A stretch of 63,187 bases of DNA. Origin: Corallococcus exiguus (GTDB lineage: Bacteria > Myxococcota > Myxococcia > Myxococcales > Myxococcaceae). The stretch lies in assembly GCF_012985275.1 (NCBI RefSeq), contig NZ_JABEKY010000003.1; one strand, 5' to 3'. The stretch's first letter is position 1. Each line of letters begins with the position of its first letter. Positions 53,801-62,770 of the stretch are shown here, in pieces. The notes under the pieces were generated by a model. It did no database searches and was not told the origin of the DNA. It saw nothing but the letters and a program-made list of their open reading frames with translations. The translations under genes and the position numbers were made by a program.

Positions 53801-55318
53801 TCAGCCGAGCCGCGCATCCACGCGGAGGTCCACGTTCATGCCTTCGAACTGGATGTGCGGGAGGACGGAGAGGTTGCAGTGGTACCAGCCCACCTTGCCG
53901 GGCACTTCCGCCACGGTGAGGTTGTAGGCCTTGAAGGGGTAGTAGCGCAGCGTCAGGTCATCCGGGTTCACCAGCGTGGTGACGTACCGGGAGATCCACC
54001 GGTCCAACTGCTGCTGCATGTACGCCGCGTTGGCCGTGCTGCCGATGTTCTCGCGCATGATGGCCTTCACGTAGTGCGCGATGCGGCTGATGGAGTACGT
54101 GTAGGCCATGTTCGTCACCAGCTGCGAGTTCTCCGAGTCCTTCGTGTCCTCGAAGACCTTGGCCTTCTTGAGGGACTGGACGCTGAAGAACACGGCCTCC
54201 GCGCTCCCCTTCTTGTGGATGAGCGGGATGAAGCCGCCGTTGGCCAGCTCGAGCTCGCGGAAGTCCGGGATGGACATCTCCACGGGCAGCTTCATCTCCT
54301 CCTCGCCGCGCAGGTGCGTCAGGTGCACGGGCAGGCCCGCCACCAGGCCGCCGCCCTTGGGGCCGCGGATGTGCTGGCACCAGCCGGAGCCCGCGAACGA
54401 GCGCACCAGGTTGCGCGCGAACAGCATGGCCGCGTTGCCCCAGAGGTACTCCTCCTCCTTGTCGCCCTTCACCGCCTCCGTGAAGTTCATGCCGGGGGCC
54501 GGGTAGGTCTCCGGGTTGTAGGGAGGCCGGACGATGTAGCGCGGCAGCGTGAGGCCCACGTAGGCGGCCTCGTCCGTGTCACGCAGCGCGTTCCAGGCGG
54601 AGTACTTGGGCGAGTCCAGCAGGCTGGCCACATCCCGCAGCTGGGACACCTCCTTCATGGTGTCGCAGCCGAAGAAGCGCGGGGACACGGACGCCACGAA
54701 CGGCGCGTGGCTGGCCGCGGCGATCTTCCCCATCGTCTTGAGCCACAGCATGTCCTGCGGCGTGTTGGCGAACTCGAACATGCCCACCAGCGCGCCGTAG
54801 GGGGCACCGCCGTACTGATCGTACTCAGCGACGTACAGCTTCTTGAAGAACTCCGAACCGGCCACGTCCGCCGCGTTCGTCTCCAGGTCGCTGTAGGCCT
54901 CCTCCTTGGAGACATCCAGCAGGCTCAGCTCGATGTTGGCCTTGAAGTTGGTGTTGCGCACCAGGTCGTTGAGCGCGGTCCACTGCGCCTCCACCTCCTG
55001 GAACTCCGGCGCGTGCAGCACGGCGTTGAGCTGATCCGACACCAGCGCGTCAATGGTGCCGACCAGCTCCTGCACCGTCTGCTTGTCGAAGCGGCCCTCG
55101 TCCGTGTCCATGTTGTGGACCATGGCCGCCAGGCTGGAGACGAAGCGCTCCTCGGGGGTGGCGTCGTCGGGAATGACGAGCAGGTCCGTCTGGGCGGAGG
55201 CGTCGCGCGCGGCGGGCACGGAGCCCAGGCGCACGCTGTTGAGGAACAGCGGAAGGTCCAGGGGCACATCGGCCACGGCGGTCGTCGCGGTGGTGGAAGA
55301 CGCAGGATTCGTGGGCAT
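53801..55318 (-). CDS. tssC: type VI secretion sheath large subunit TssC
   Basis: 505 aa. The C-terminal region ...GGFIPLIHKKGSAEAVFFSVQSLKKAK...YYPFKAYNLTVAEVPGKVGWYHCNLSVLPHIQFEGMNVDLRV is characteristic of TssC/VipB. Confidence 0.9.
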   Translation of the reverse strand: MPTNPASSTTATTAVADVPLDLPLFLNSVRLGSVPAARDASAQTDLLVIPDDATPEERFVSSLAAMVHNMDTDEGRFDKQTVQELVGTIDALVSDQLNAVLHAPEFQEVEAQWTALNDLVRNTNFKANIELSLLDVSKEEAYSDLETNAADVAGSEFFKKLYVAEYDQYGGAPYGALVGMFEFANTPQDMLWLKTMGKIAAASHAPFVASVSPRFFGCDTMKEVSQLRDVASLLDSPKYSAWNALRDTDEAAYVGLTLPRYIVRPPYNPETYPAPGMNFTEAVKGDKEEEYLWGNAAMLFARNLVRSFAGSGWCQHIRGPKGGGLVAGLPVHLTHLRGEEEMKLPVEMSIPDFRELELANGGFIPLIHKKGSAEAVFFSVQSLKKAKVFEDTKDSENSQLVTNMAYTYSISRIAHYVKAIMRENIGSTANAAYMQQQLDRWISRYVTTLVNPDDLTLRYYPFKAYNLTVAEVPGKVGWYHCNLSVLPHIQFEGMNVDLRVDARLG

Positions 55319-55368
55319 GGAAGGAGATCTCGTTCAGGAAGGTCGTGGGGAGGGGCTTGCGCCCGGCA

Positions 55369-55929
55369 TCACGTCGTCGGCGGCTGCGGGTTCGTCGCGG
55401 CCAGCTTCGGCAGGCTCATCGTCTTGAACGCGGCCAGCTCCGTCTTCAGCTTCTGGACGGCCTCCGGGTTCTGAGCGAGCTGGCGCACCAGCTGGCGGAA
55501 CTCCTTGCGGTTGTCCAGGTTGCCCTGCAGCTCCAGCAGCAGCTTGCGCAGCGTGAGCAGCGCGTTGATCTTCGGCACCTGACGGGCCACGTCCACCGGG
55601 CTGAAGGACTTCATCGAGTCCAGCTTGAGGCTCACCTGCAGCGGCGCCGGCGCCGAACCATCCACCGGGTCCTTCTTGTCCACGCGGTTGGGCACGTTGA
55701 AGTTCAGCGTCATGCCCATGTTCTGGATGACCTGATTCAGGTTCTTGCCATCCAGATTGCGGATCTCCCGCTGATCCAGGTCCTTCTTGCGGTCGTTGGA
55801 GGTGCCCTTGGAGAAGTCCCCCATCACCAGCAGCCGGAACGGAAGCGCCTTGTCCGCCCGGGTGCCATTCACCTGGGTGCGGTAGGTCAGCGTGATGCGT
55901 GATCTGGGAATTTCGTCGGTGATGGCCAT
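55369..55929 (-). CDS. tssB: type VI secretion sheath small subunit TssB
   Basis: MAITDEIPRSRITLTYRTQVNGTRADKALPFRLLVMGDFS is the TssB/VipA signature. Internal ATG of ORF 55369..56079. Confidence 0.9.
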   Translation of the reverse strand: MAITDEIPRSRITLTYRTQVNGTRADKALPFRLLVMGDFSKGTSNDRKKDLDQREIRNLDGKNLNQVIQNMGMTLNFNVPNRVDKKDPVDGSAPAPLQVSLKLDSMKSFSPVDVARQVPKINALLTLRKLLLELQGNLDNRKEFRQLVRQLAQNPEAVQKLKTELAAFKTMSLPKLAATNPQPPTT

Positions 55930-55954
55930 GAGTACCCCCAAGAACTGAACCGCC

Positions 55955-56002
55955 GTTTTGTGAAGGAATTGATAAACCATATGAATATACAAAAGCAATA
56001 CA
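55955..56002. promoter_or_regulatory. AT-rich island in the divergent tssB / tssK promoter region
   Basis: gttttgtgaaggaattgataaaccatatgaatatacaaaagcaatacac is about 30% GC and lies 25-70 nt upstream of the tssB start. Confidence 0.3.
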
Positions 56003-56239
56003 CCCCCAACGCATGACCTGACACGATGGGCGCGTCGACACCCGGTGAGACAGGAAAGACCCAACCCATGGTGTTTCATGCCCTTCAGGGCACGAAACCA
56101 GACACGGTGGATCAGCCAGGCTCACTTGACGTCACAGGCTCCAGGCCGGTAGCTTTTTCTAAACACTGTCACCCAGCCCAGGCAAGCTTTTGCTCCGGGC
56201 GGTCCCCGTGACGGAAAACCCGCTCCCGCCGTCCCTGCC

Positions 56240-57493
56240 ATGAACCCAGACACACTCGCGCGAGTCCTGTGGCAGGAAGGGCAGACCCTGCTGCCCGAAC
56301 ACTTCCGGGCCCAGGAGGAATCCCTCTCCACGGAGGCCCGGCGCTACGCGGGGTTCGCGGGTCTTCCGGTGGTGGGCGTGAGCGCGTTGCGTTTCAACGA
56401 TGTGTTGCTCGCCAAGGGCTCGGTGGCGCTGGAGGAATTGACCGCGGTGTTACCGGGAGGCCACCTGGTGGAGGTACCGGGTAACGCGGATGTAACACCG
56501 CTGTCGCTCGAGGAGACGGGCCGCATGCGGGTGACGGTGTATCTGCACCTGCTGGGCGTGCTGGAGCCCCGCGAGGACCTGGCGCCCGCGGGCGGTGAAG
56601 CGCCCAGCGTGGTGCGCGCGGGACGGAGGCTGTGCCTGTCGCTGGAGCCGGTGGTGGACGACACGGTGAGCAGCCTGTCGCTGGCCGTCTTCACCCGGAA
56701 CGCGGACGGGCCCTGGCAGCTGTCCGCCACGCACCTGCCGCCGCTCTTGAGCGTGGGCCCCCACCCGTTCCTGGAGCCCCTGTTCGAGCAGCTGGACGGC
56801 CTGCTCCAGCAGGCGCAGGGGCAGCTGCGCACGTCGCTGCGCGAAGGCCTGGTGCGAGGCGACCGGCTGGCCAGCGCACGGCGGGCGCTGTGCGAGGTGC
56901 GAAGCCTCCAGGTGCTGCGCCAGGACATGCGCCACGGCCTGCAGCCGCCGCCGTACCCGCTGGTGCAGGCGCTGCGGCGGCTGTACTTCGAGACGTGCTG
57001 CTACCTGGAGGCGGAGCCGGACGACGAACTGCCCGCGTACGAGCACGAAACGCCGGGCCCGGGAATCGCTCGGTGGATGGAGCTGCTCACGCGCGGGTTC
57101 CGCCCGCAGGCCAGCCCCCTGTCCTACCGGGTCTTCGACTTCCAGGAGGGCCACTTCAAGCTGACCCCGCTGCCCAGGGAGACGCCGCCGCCGGATGACT
57201 TCTACCTGCTGGTGCGCCGCCAGGAGCGCGACCGGCCCCGCTCCATGGAGGGCGTGAAGCTGGCCAGCCCCTTGCGGCTGCCGGCGGTGCGGCGCCAGGC
57301 CTTGAAGGGCGTGCCGTACCGGCACGTGGCCTTCCCGTCGTTCCCCCACGCCTTCGACGCGGACATCGACTGGTATCAGCTCACGCCCCAGAGCGAGGAG
57401 TGGCAGTCCGCGACGCGCGAGGACGGGATCACGTTCTTCGCCACGCCCGCGCTCGAAGGGGCGCAGGTGCTCCTCTACTGGCGCAGGGCCTGA
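56240..57493 (+). CDS. tssK: type VI secretion baseplate protein TssK
   Basis: MNPDTLARVLWQEGQTLLPEHFRAQEESLSTEARRY matches the TssK N-terminus (KV.W.EG..L.PQHFQQ). 417 aa. Confidence 0.85.
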   Translation: MNPDTLARVLWQEGQTLLPEHFRAQEESLSTEARRYAGFAGLPVVGVSALRFNDVLLAKGSVALEELTAVLPGGHLVEVPGNADVTPLSLEETGRMRVTVYLHLLGVLEPREDLAPAGGEAPSVVRAGRRLCLSLEPVVDDTVSSLSLAVFTRNADGPWQLSATHLPPLLSVGPHPFLEPLFEQLDGLLQQAQGQLRTSLREGLVRGDRLASARRALCEVRSLQVLRQDMRHGLQPPPYPLVQALRRLYFETCCYLEAEPDDELPAYEHETPGPGIARWMELLTRGFRPQASPLSYRVFDFQEGHFKLTPLPRETPPPDDFYLLVRRQERDRPRSMEGVKLASPLRLPAVRRQALKGVPYRHVAFPSFPHAFDADIDWYQLTPQSEEWQSATREDGITFFATPALEGAQVLLYWRRA

Positions 57494-57520
57494 CGGCGGA
57501 CCGAGGGGGGAACGGCGCGC

Positions 57521-58099
57521 ATGCCCAAGCTCATCTGCATCATCGACATGGACAAGGAGAAGGGCCTCACCCTCACCACGGAGGACAAGGACGGGAAGAT
57601 CCTCCAGACGGTGAAGATGGACGGCGAGTCCATCACCCTGGAGGTGAAGGGTGACAGCGCCACCAGCACCATCGTGCAGAAGCAGGACAGCGTCACGGTG
57701 ACCTGCAAGTCCTTCGTGCTGAAGGCGGAGACCATCGAGGTGACGTCCACGAAGGCGTCGTCGTGGAAGAGCGACGACACGTTCGCGCTGGAGAGCGCCA
57801 AGGCCTTCACGGTCACCACGAAGGACGAGCTGACGCAGAAGGCGGCGAAGGACGCGACCTTGTCCTCGGACAAGGCCGTGACACTGAAGGCGGCGAAGAT
57901 GTTCAGCGTGGAGGGGGCCGACGTCCAGATGGAGGCCAAGAGCGGAGAGCTGTCGCTGATGGCCCCGTCCGTCAAGGCGGAGGGCAAGAAGGACATCGCC
58001 ATGGAGGGACCGCAGGTGAAGTTGACCGCCAAGGCGCAGCTGGCGCTCAAGGCGGACGGCATGGCGGAACTCAAGGGCGGAATGGTGAACGTGGGCTGA
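57521..58099 (+). CDS. stand-alone gp5-C/VgrG-needle-like beta-helix protein (192 aa, Lys-rich, 8-residue periodicity)
   Basis: Periodic VTLKAAKM/FSVEGADV/QMEAKSGE/LSLMAPSV/KAEGKKDI/AMEGPQVK/LTAKAQLA/LKADGMAE/LKGGMVNV pattern typical of a triple-stranded beta-helix. Lower GC and higher Lys content than neighbouring genes. Confidence 0.55.
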   Translation: MPKLICIIDMDKEKGLTLTTEDKDGKILQTVKMDGESITLEVKGDSATSTIVQKQDSVTVTCKSFVLKAETIEVTSTKASSWKSDDTFALESAKAFTVTTKDELTQKAAKDATLSSDKAVTLKAAKMFSVEGADVQMEAKSGELSLMAPSVKAEGKKDIAMEGPQVKLTAKAQLALKADGMAELKGGMVNVG

Positions 58100-58109
58100 C
58101 GGGGGCGCG

Positions 58110-58748
58110 ATGAAGCTCGAACACTGGCAGGTCGTCTTCACGCAGTACCGGCAGGCCCAGTCCGTCCTGGACGGGTGGCTGCCGCAGTCCGCGCCCGGTT
58201 CGGCCGCGGCGGTGGGGCTCTTGGGCCGCGAGGGCCTGCGCAGGCTCCACGACGAGCTCCTGGAGGTGATTGAGCGGCTGCGCGCGGGCCTGGGCGCCCA
58301 CGCTCGCGACGAGGAGGTGCAGGACGCGCTGAGGCCCTTCACGTACCTGGTGGACGAGCGCGTCCTCCTGCGGCTCGCGGACTCGGAGCAGCCGCTGTGG
58401 CCGCTGTTGCAGTACCGCCTCTTCGGCGAGGACGGCGGCGGCGAGGCCTTCTACACGCTGGCGGATCAACGGCTGGATCAGCCGGGTTCGCCCGCGCTGC
58501 TCTTCGAGATGCTCCACTTCTGCATCACGGCGGGCTTCGGAGGCCGCTACCTGGGCCATACGGCGAAGCTGCGCGAGTACCAGGAGCGGCTGTCCGCGCG
58601 CATCGTCACGCCTCCGCCACCGCCCGCCACCGCCGCGTCCGGCGAGTCCCTTGGGCCGCTGCTCTACACCTTTCCCGCCCGCTACTACGCGGCCAGCGCC
58701 GCGAGCGTGCTCGGGCTGCAGGGCCTGCTCTGGTGGGTGACCCGGTGA
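58110..58748 (+). CDS. tssL: type VI secretion membrane protein TssL (DotU-like)
   Basis: LLFEMLHFCITAGFGGRY is the DotU/TssL motif. C-terminal TM segment AASVLGLQGLLWWV. Confidence 0.8.
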   Translation: MKLEHWQVVFTQYRQAQSVLDGWLPQSAPGSAAAVGLLGREGLRRLHDELLEVIERLRAGLGAHARDEEVQDALRPFTYLVDERVLLRLADSEQPLWPLLQYRLFGEDGGGEAFYTLADQRLDQPGSPALLFEMLHFCITAGFGGRYLGHTAKLREYQERLSARIVTPPPPPATAASGESLGPLLYTFPARYYAASAASVLGLQGLLWWVTR

Positions 58749-59065
58749 AGCCACAAGCGGCCCCCCAGGCTCCGCCCGCGCCCACAGCCACGCTCGACGC
58801 GGCGCCCGCCCTGCTCCAGGAGATGCGCCGGATCATCGCCGCGCGCCTGGGAGTCGGGACCTTTGGCCTGGAACCCATGCTGGACGAGCTGGGCCAGACG
58901 CTGGCGCGCCTGATGCCGGGGCCGGGTGACGCGCGGCTGTCACCGGAGGAGCAGGGGAAGGCGCGCGCGTCGTTCGCGGGCACGGTGGACACACTGGAGG
59001 ACGTCCTGGAGGCCCTGCATCGCTCGGGCCGGGCTGGGCGCGTCCTGGGCTGGGGGGAGCGCTGA
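58745..59065 (+). CDS. small hypothetical protein (about 106 aa) between tssL and tssM
   Basis: GTG overlapping the tssL stop as GTGA; an ATG start at MRRIIAARL is also possible. Ala/Pro-rich N-terminus and helical C-terminus. Confidence 0.35.
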   Translation: MKPQAAPQAPPAPTATLDAAPALLQEMRRIIAARLGVGTFGLEPMLDELGQTLARLMPGPGDARLSPEEQGKARASFAGTVDTLEDVLEALHRSGRAGRVLGWGER

Positions 59066-59068
59066 ACC

Positions 59069-62000
59069 ATGGATGTCATCAAGAAGCTGACGGCGTTCAT
59101 TCCGCCGAAGTGGAAGCCGTATGCGCTGCTCGTCCTGGCGCTGCTGGCCATTGGCATTCCGCTGTTCCTCGTGTGGCGTGCGAAGCGAAAGAGCGCGCCG
59201 GCCGGAGGGGCCGCCGCGCCGGAGCCCCTGGCGAAGAACCGGCTGCGCAAGGTGCGCGAGAAGTTCCTGGCCGGGCTGCCCCTGCGCCACCGCGTGGCGG
59301 TACGGGACCTGCCAGGTGTGGTGGTGCTGGGGCCTGCGGGCGCGGGCAAGTCGCGGCTCATCGAGCTGGACCTGGACTGGAAGCGGCAGGCGCGGCAGTT
59401 CCTGCCCAGCCTCCTCACGGACTCGCTGCTCCAGGTCTACCTGGGCGCGGACGTGGTGGCCCAGGAGGTGTCCCCGCAGCTGTTGGAGGACGAGTCGCCG
59501 CAGGCGCGAGAGGCGCTGCGCCGGCTGTGGAAGGACAGCTTTGGCGGCGGTCAGCAGGCGCTGGCGGTGCTGGTGCTGGACGCGCGCTGGCTTCAGGACA
59601 CGCCCCCGGACGAGGTGCGCCGCGCGGCGCAGCTGTTGCGAGGCAAGCTGAACCTGTTGGCGGAGGTGCGCGGAGGCGCGTTCGAGACGCGCGTGTGCCT
59701 CACCCACCTGGATGAGCGCGAGGGCTACGCGGACTTCGCGAAGCTCTTGCGCGCGCACCACGTGCCGCTGCGCTTCCCCCTGCCCCCGCCCGGCCAGGAG
59801 CCCAAGCTGGGCTCGCTGCTCAAGGCGCAGGAGCAATACCTGGCGCTGGGCCTGACGGCGCTGCCGGTGGAGTCCTTCGAGCGGCTGGAGCGCTTCTATT
59901 CGGAAGGCCACGCGCCCTTCGAGGCGCTGTCGCGCTTCGTGACGGCGCTGATGGAGGGCCAGACGCTGGCGTACGCCCCCACGCTGGCCACGGTGTCGCT
60001 GTCGTCCGCAGACAAGGACGCGAGGGACCCGGACGTCCTGTCCGTGTCCGCCGAGGCCAGCACGGCGAAAGCGGTCCACGAGCGCTACATGCACACGCAC
60101 CTGCGCCGGGCGGTGCTGTTGGGCCTGGCGTTCGCGCTGCCGCTGTTGGCCGCGTACGGGCACTTCGCGTGGAGGCTGGGCCAGGCGCGCACGCGCGTGC
60201 AGCGCTTCGAGGACATGGTCCAGCGCATGCGCGACCAGGGGCAGGCGGTGTCCGGGGTCGCGGTGCAGGAGCCGGTGCTCGCGGCGGGCCAGTCCCTGGA
60301 CTCGCTGTGGAGGGCGATGAACGCGTGGCCGCTGTTGCGCTACAGCTTCACCGGCGCGCGAGAGGACCTGCGCCAGCGTCTGGCGCGGGGCATCCGTGAG
60401 GCACACATCCGGCCCGCGCTGGAGAAGTGCCACCGCCAGCCGGACACATGCCGTCCGGAGCAGGTCGTCTACCTGCTCGCCACCTTGCACGGCTCGCGTG
60501 AGGAGCCGCTGGGGCAGCTGGTGCTGTCCAGCCTGAAGACGCGCCCGACCTGGAGCTTCGTATCGGAAGGCAGCGAGGCGGAGTCCCCGGGCGACGTGGC
60601 CGCGCTGGAGGCGGGGCGCACGTGGGTGACGGCGGTGGGGCTGAACGAGTCCCTGGTGGCCGACTACGTCGTCATGAGCAATCCGCCGTGGTCTGCGCCG
60701 GACACGCCCGAGGCCAGCTGGGCGCGCTGGCCCTTCCCGGAGCCGCTCACGCTGGAGGCGCAGCTGATGCCGTGGCAGGCGCACCTGCGGCGCTTGCAGG
60801 ACCTGCTGGGCAACCGGGCCGTGGAGCCGCGCGAGCTGGAGCGGTTGGACGCGGAGCTGGAGTCCATGCAGGACGAGCGCAGGCGGCTCCAGGCGCTGCT
60901 GGATGACAGCGCGCGCTTCAGCAGCCTGCCGCGCGCGTTGGAGCTCCTGGCGGCCTCCGAGGCGCGCGTGGACACCAGCCGCTTCCGGGGCATCCCCTCC
61001 ACGCTCAAGACGGTGGCGTGGATCAACGACCACCGCGACGCGCTGACGAACGTGCTGCGCATGGAGGAAGAGGCGTACCTGGGCGTGAAGGCGGTGCAGA
61101 AGATGACCGTGGCGGAGCTGCTGGTGCGCGACGGCCTGTGGCTGCCGGGCAACGGCCCCGCGGTGCTCCAGGTGCCGGTGCTCCAGAGCACCTTCGAGTT
61201 CCGCCCCAAGGACGGCTCGCGGCTGCTGCACCAGGCGCTCCTGCGCTACCACGAGAAGACGGGGCGCCTGCCCTTCGGCGTGGTGGAGGGCGAGGAGGCG
61301 GTGGCGTCGCGGGGTGGAGCGACTCTGGCGGCGGACCGGCTGGAGTTCGACACGCGGCTGCGCCCGCTGGTGGACGAGTTCACCACGCGCATCAAGGGCG
61401 CGGGGCTTCCGGTGGAGGAGGTGTCGCAGCGCCAGGAGCACGTGCGCCGCAAGGTGAACCAGTTCGCGTTCCAGTACCGCAACCGGCTGTTCCAGCGCGT
61501 GTCCACCTACCGCTTCCAGGCGGTGATTCCCGCGCTCCTGTCGGAGGAGCTGTCGCGTCTCACGCAGCCGTCCTCGGAGCTGGTGGACATGCTGCGCGAC
61601 GTGGCGCAGGGCGTGGCGCTGGAGCCGTTGGACGGCCCCTTCTACGAGTCGCTGCGCAACGCGGTAGCGCCGTTCAAGCCCATCGCCACGGTGATGAAGC
61701 CGGACGAGACGGGCAACTACACGGCGCTCAACCCCTACCGCGCGCTGGTGGCCCAGATGTCGGACGAGCTGAACGCAGTGCCCCGGCAGGGCGTGGTGCC
61801 CGCGGAGGCGACGGCGTCGCTCAACGGAGGCCTGGCTACCGGCAGCGCGCAGCCAGCCGGAGGGGCCGCGAAGCTGCCGGAGCTGCTGACGCCGCTGGGG
61901 CGCCTGGCTTTCGCGATGATGCTGGAGGACGACACATCCTACCTGCGCAAGGTGGACGCGTGGCTGGACCAGCAGGGGCTCATCGGAGAGCTGCGCCAAC

Positions 62001-62770
62001 CCTTCCGCCAGCCGTTCCTCGCGGTGCGCGACCTGGGGCAGCGCGAGATTGAGCGGACCCTGGAGCGGCATTGGGACGACGCCTCCAGTCGGTTCCTGCG
62101 TCCGCTGCTGAACCGCTATCCGTTCACGCCGGACGCATCGCAGGAGGTGGATCCGGGAGACCTGGAGGTCCTGCGCAAGCAGGACGGAGCGTTCTGGGAG
62201 TTCGTGACGCGGGTGCTGGCGCCGGTGTGCGAGGAGCGAGGCTCGGAGTGGGTGCCGCGAGGCGCGCTCCAGTCCCGGCTGTCGTTGCCGCAGGGGATGT
62301 TGCCCACGCTGGGGAGGCTGTCGCGGCTGGCCCGCATGTTGTGGGACCCGGAGGGAAGGCCCCGGCCCCTGATGCTGCAGGTGATGCCGTTGCCGCTGCC
62401 GAAGGCACCCACGCAGGGAAGCTTCGTGACGCTCGGTTCGCTGAAGTGCGGCAAGACGACGTTCCTCGCGTACAACCAGAGTCCGACGTGGCAGGAGTTC
62501 CCGCTGGCGTGGTGGGACCAGCAGACGGCGTCGCTGATGCTGGAGGTACGGGCGCCCGCGGACCAGTCGGTGCAGTACGCGTCGCTGGAGAAGTCCCGTT
62601 CGGCATGGAGCTGCTTCCGGCTGCTGGAGTCATCGCAGTCCACGGAAGACCCGCAGCACCGCCGTTGGTCGTTGCGAGCGCGAGGAGCCACCGCCACGGA
62701 CGGGGTGATGGACCTGCGCTTCGGGCTCAAGGGTGAGCCCTGGATCCCGTTCCGCGAGGTGCCGCGATGA
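59069..62770 (+). CDS. tssM: type VI secretion membrane protein TssM (IcmF-like)
   Basis: N-terminal TM helix (ALLVLALLAIGIPLFLVW). Walker A VVLGPAGAGKS. About 1230 aa, the size of IcmF. Confidence 0.9.
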   Translation: MDVIKKLTAFIPPKWKPYALLVLALLAIGIPLFLVWRAKRKSAPAGGAAAPEPLAKNRLRKVREKFLAGLPLRHRVAVRDLPGVVVLGPAGAGKSRLIELDLDWKRQARQFLPSLLTDSLLQVYLGADVVAQEVSPQLLEDESPQAREALRRLWKDSFGGGQQALAVLVLDARWLQDTPPDEVRRAAQLLRGKLNLLAEVRGGAFETRVCLTHLDEREGYADFAKLLRAHHVPLRFPLPPPGQEPKLGSLLKAQEQYLALGLTALPVESFERLERFYSEGHAPFEALSRFVTALMEGQTLAYAPTLATVSLSSADKDARDPDVLSVSAEASTAKAVHERYMHTHLRRAVLLGLAFALPLLAAYGHFAWRLGQARTRVQRFEDMVQRMRDQGQAVSGVAVQEPVLAAGQSLDSLWRAMNAWPLLRYSFTGAREDLRQRLARGIREAHIRPALEKCHRQPDTCRPEQVVYLLATLHGSREEPLGQLVLSSLKTRPTWSFVSEGSEAESPGDVAALEAGRTWVTAVGLNESLVADYVVMSNPPWSAPDTPEASWARWPFPEPLTLEAQLMPWQAHLRRLQDLLGNRAVEPRELERLDAELESMQDERRRLQALLDDSARFSSLPRALELLAASEARVDTSRFRGIPSTLKTVAWINDHRDALTNVLRMEEEAYLGVKAVQKMTVAELLVRDGLWLPGNGPAVLQVPVLQSTFEFRPKDGSRLLHQALLRYHEKTGRLPFGVVEGEEAVASRGGATLAADRLEFDTRLRPLVDEFTTRIKGAGLPVEEVSQRQEHVRRKVNQFAFQYRNRLFQRVSTYRFQAVIPALLSEELSRLTQPSSELVDMLRDVAQGVALEPLDGPFYESLRNAVAPFKPIATVMKPDETGNYTALNPYRALVAQMSDELNAVPRQGVVPAEATASLNGGLATGSAQPAGGAAKLPELLTPLGRLAFAMMLEDDTSYLRKVDAWLDQQGLIGELRQPFRQPFLAVRDLGQREIERTLERHWDDASSRFLRPLLNRYPFTPDASQEVDPGDLEVLRKQDGAFWEFVTRVLAPVCEERGSEWVPRGALQSRLSLPQGMLPTLGRLSRLARMLWDPEGRPRPLMLQVMPLPLPKAPTQGSFVTLGSLKCGKTTFLAYNQSPTWQEFPLAWWDQQTASLMLEVRAPADQSVQYASLEKSRSAWSCFRLLESSQSTEDPQHRRWSLRARGATATDGVMDLRFGLKGEPWIPFREVPR

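Noticed and set aside
56185-56205. Sigma-54 promoter candidate GGCAAGCTTTTGCT upstream of tssK
   Set aside because: The GG-to-GC spacing is one nucleotide short of canonical and the flanks match poorly. It is noted only as weak.
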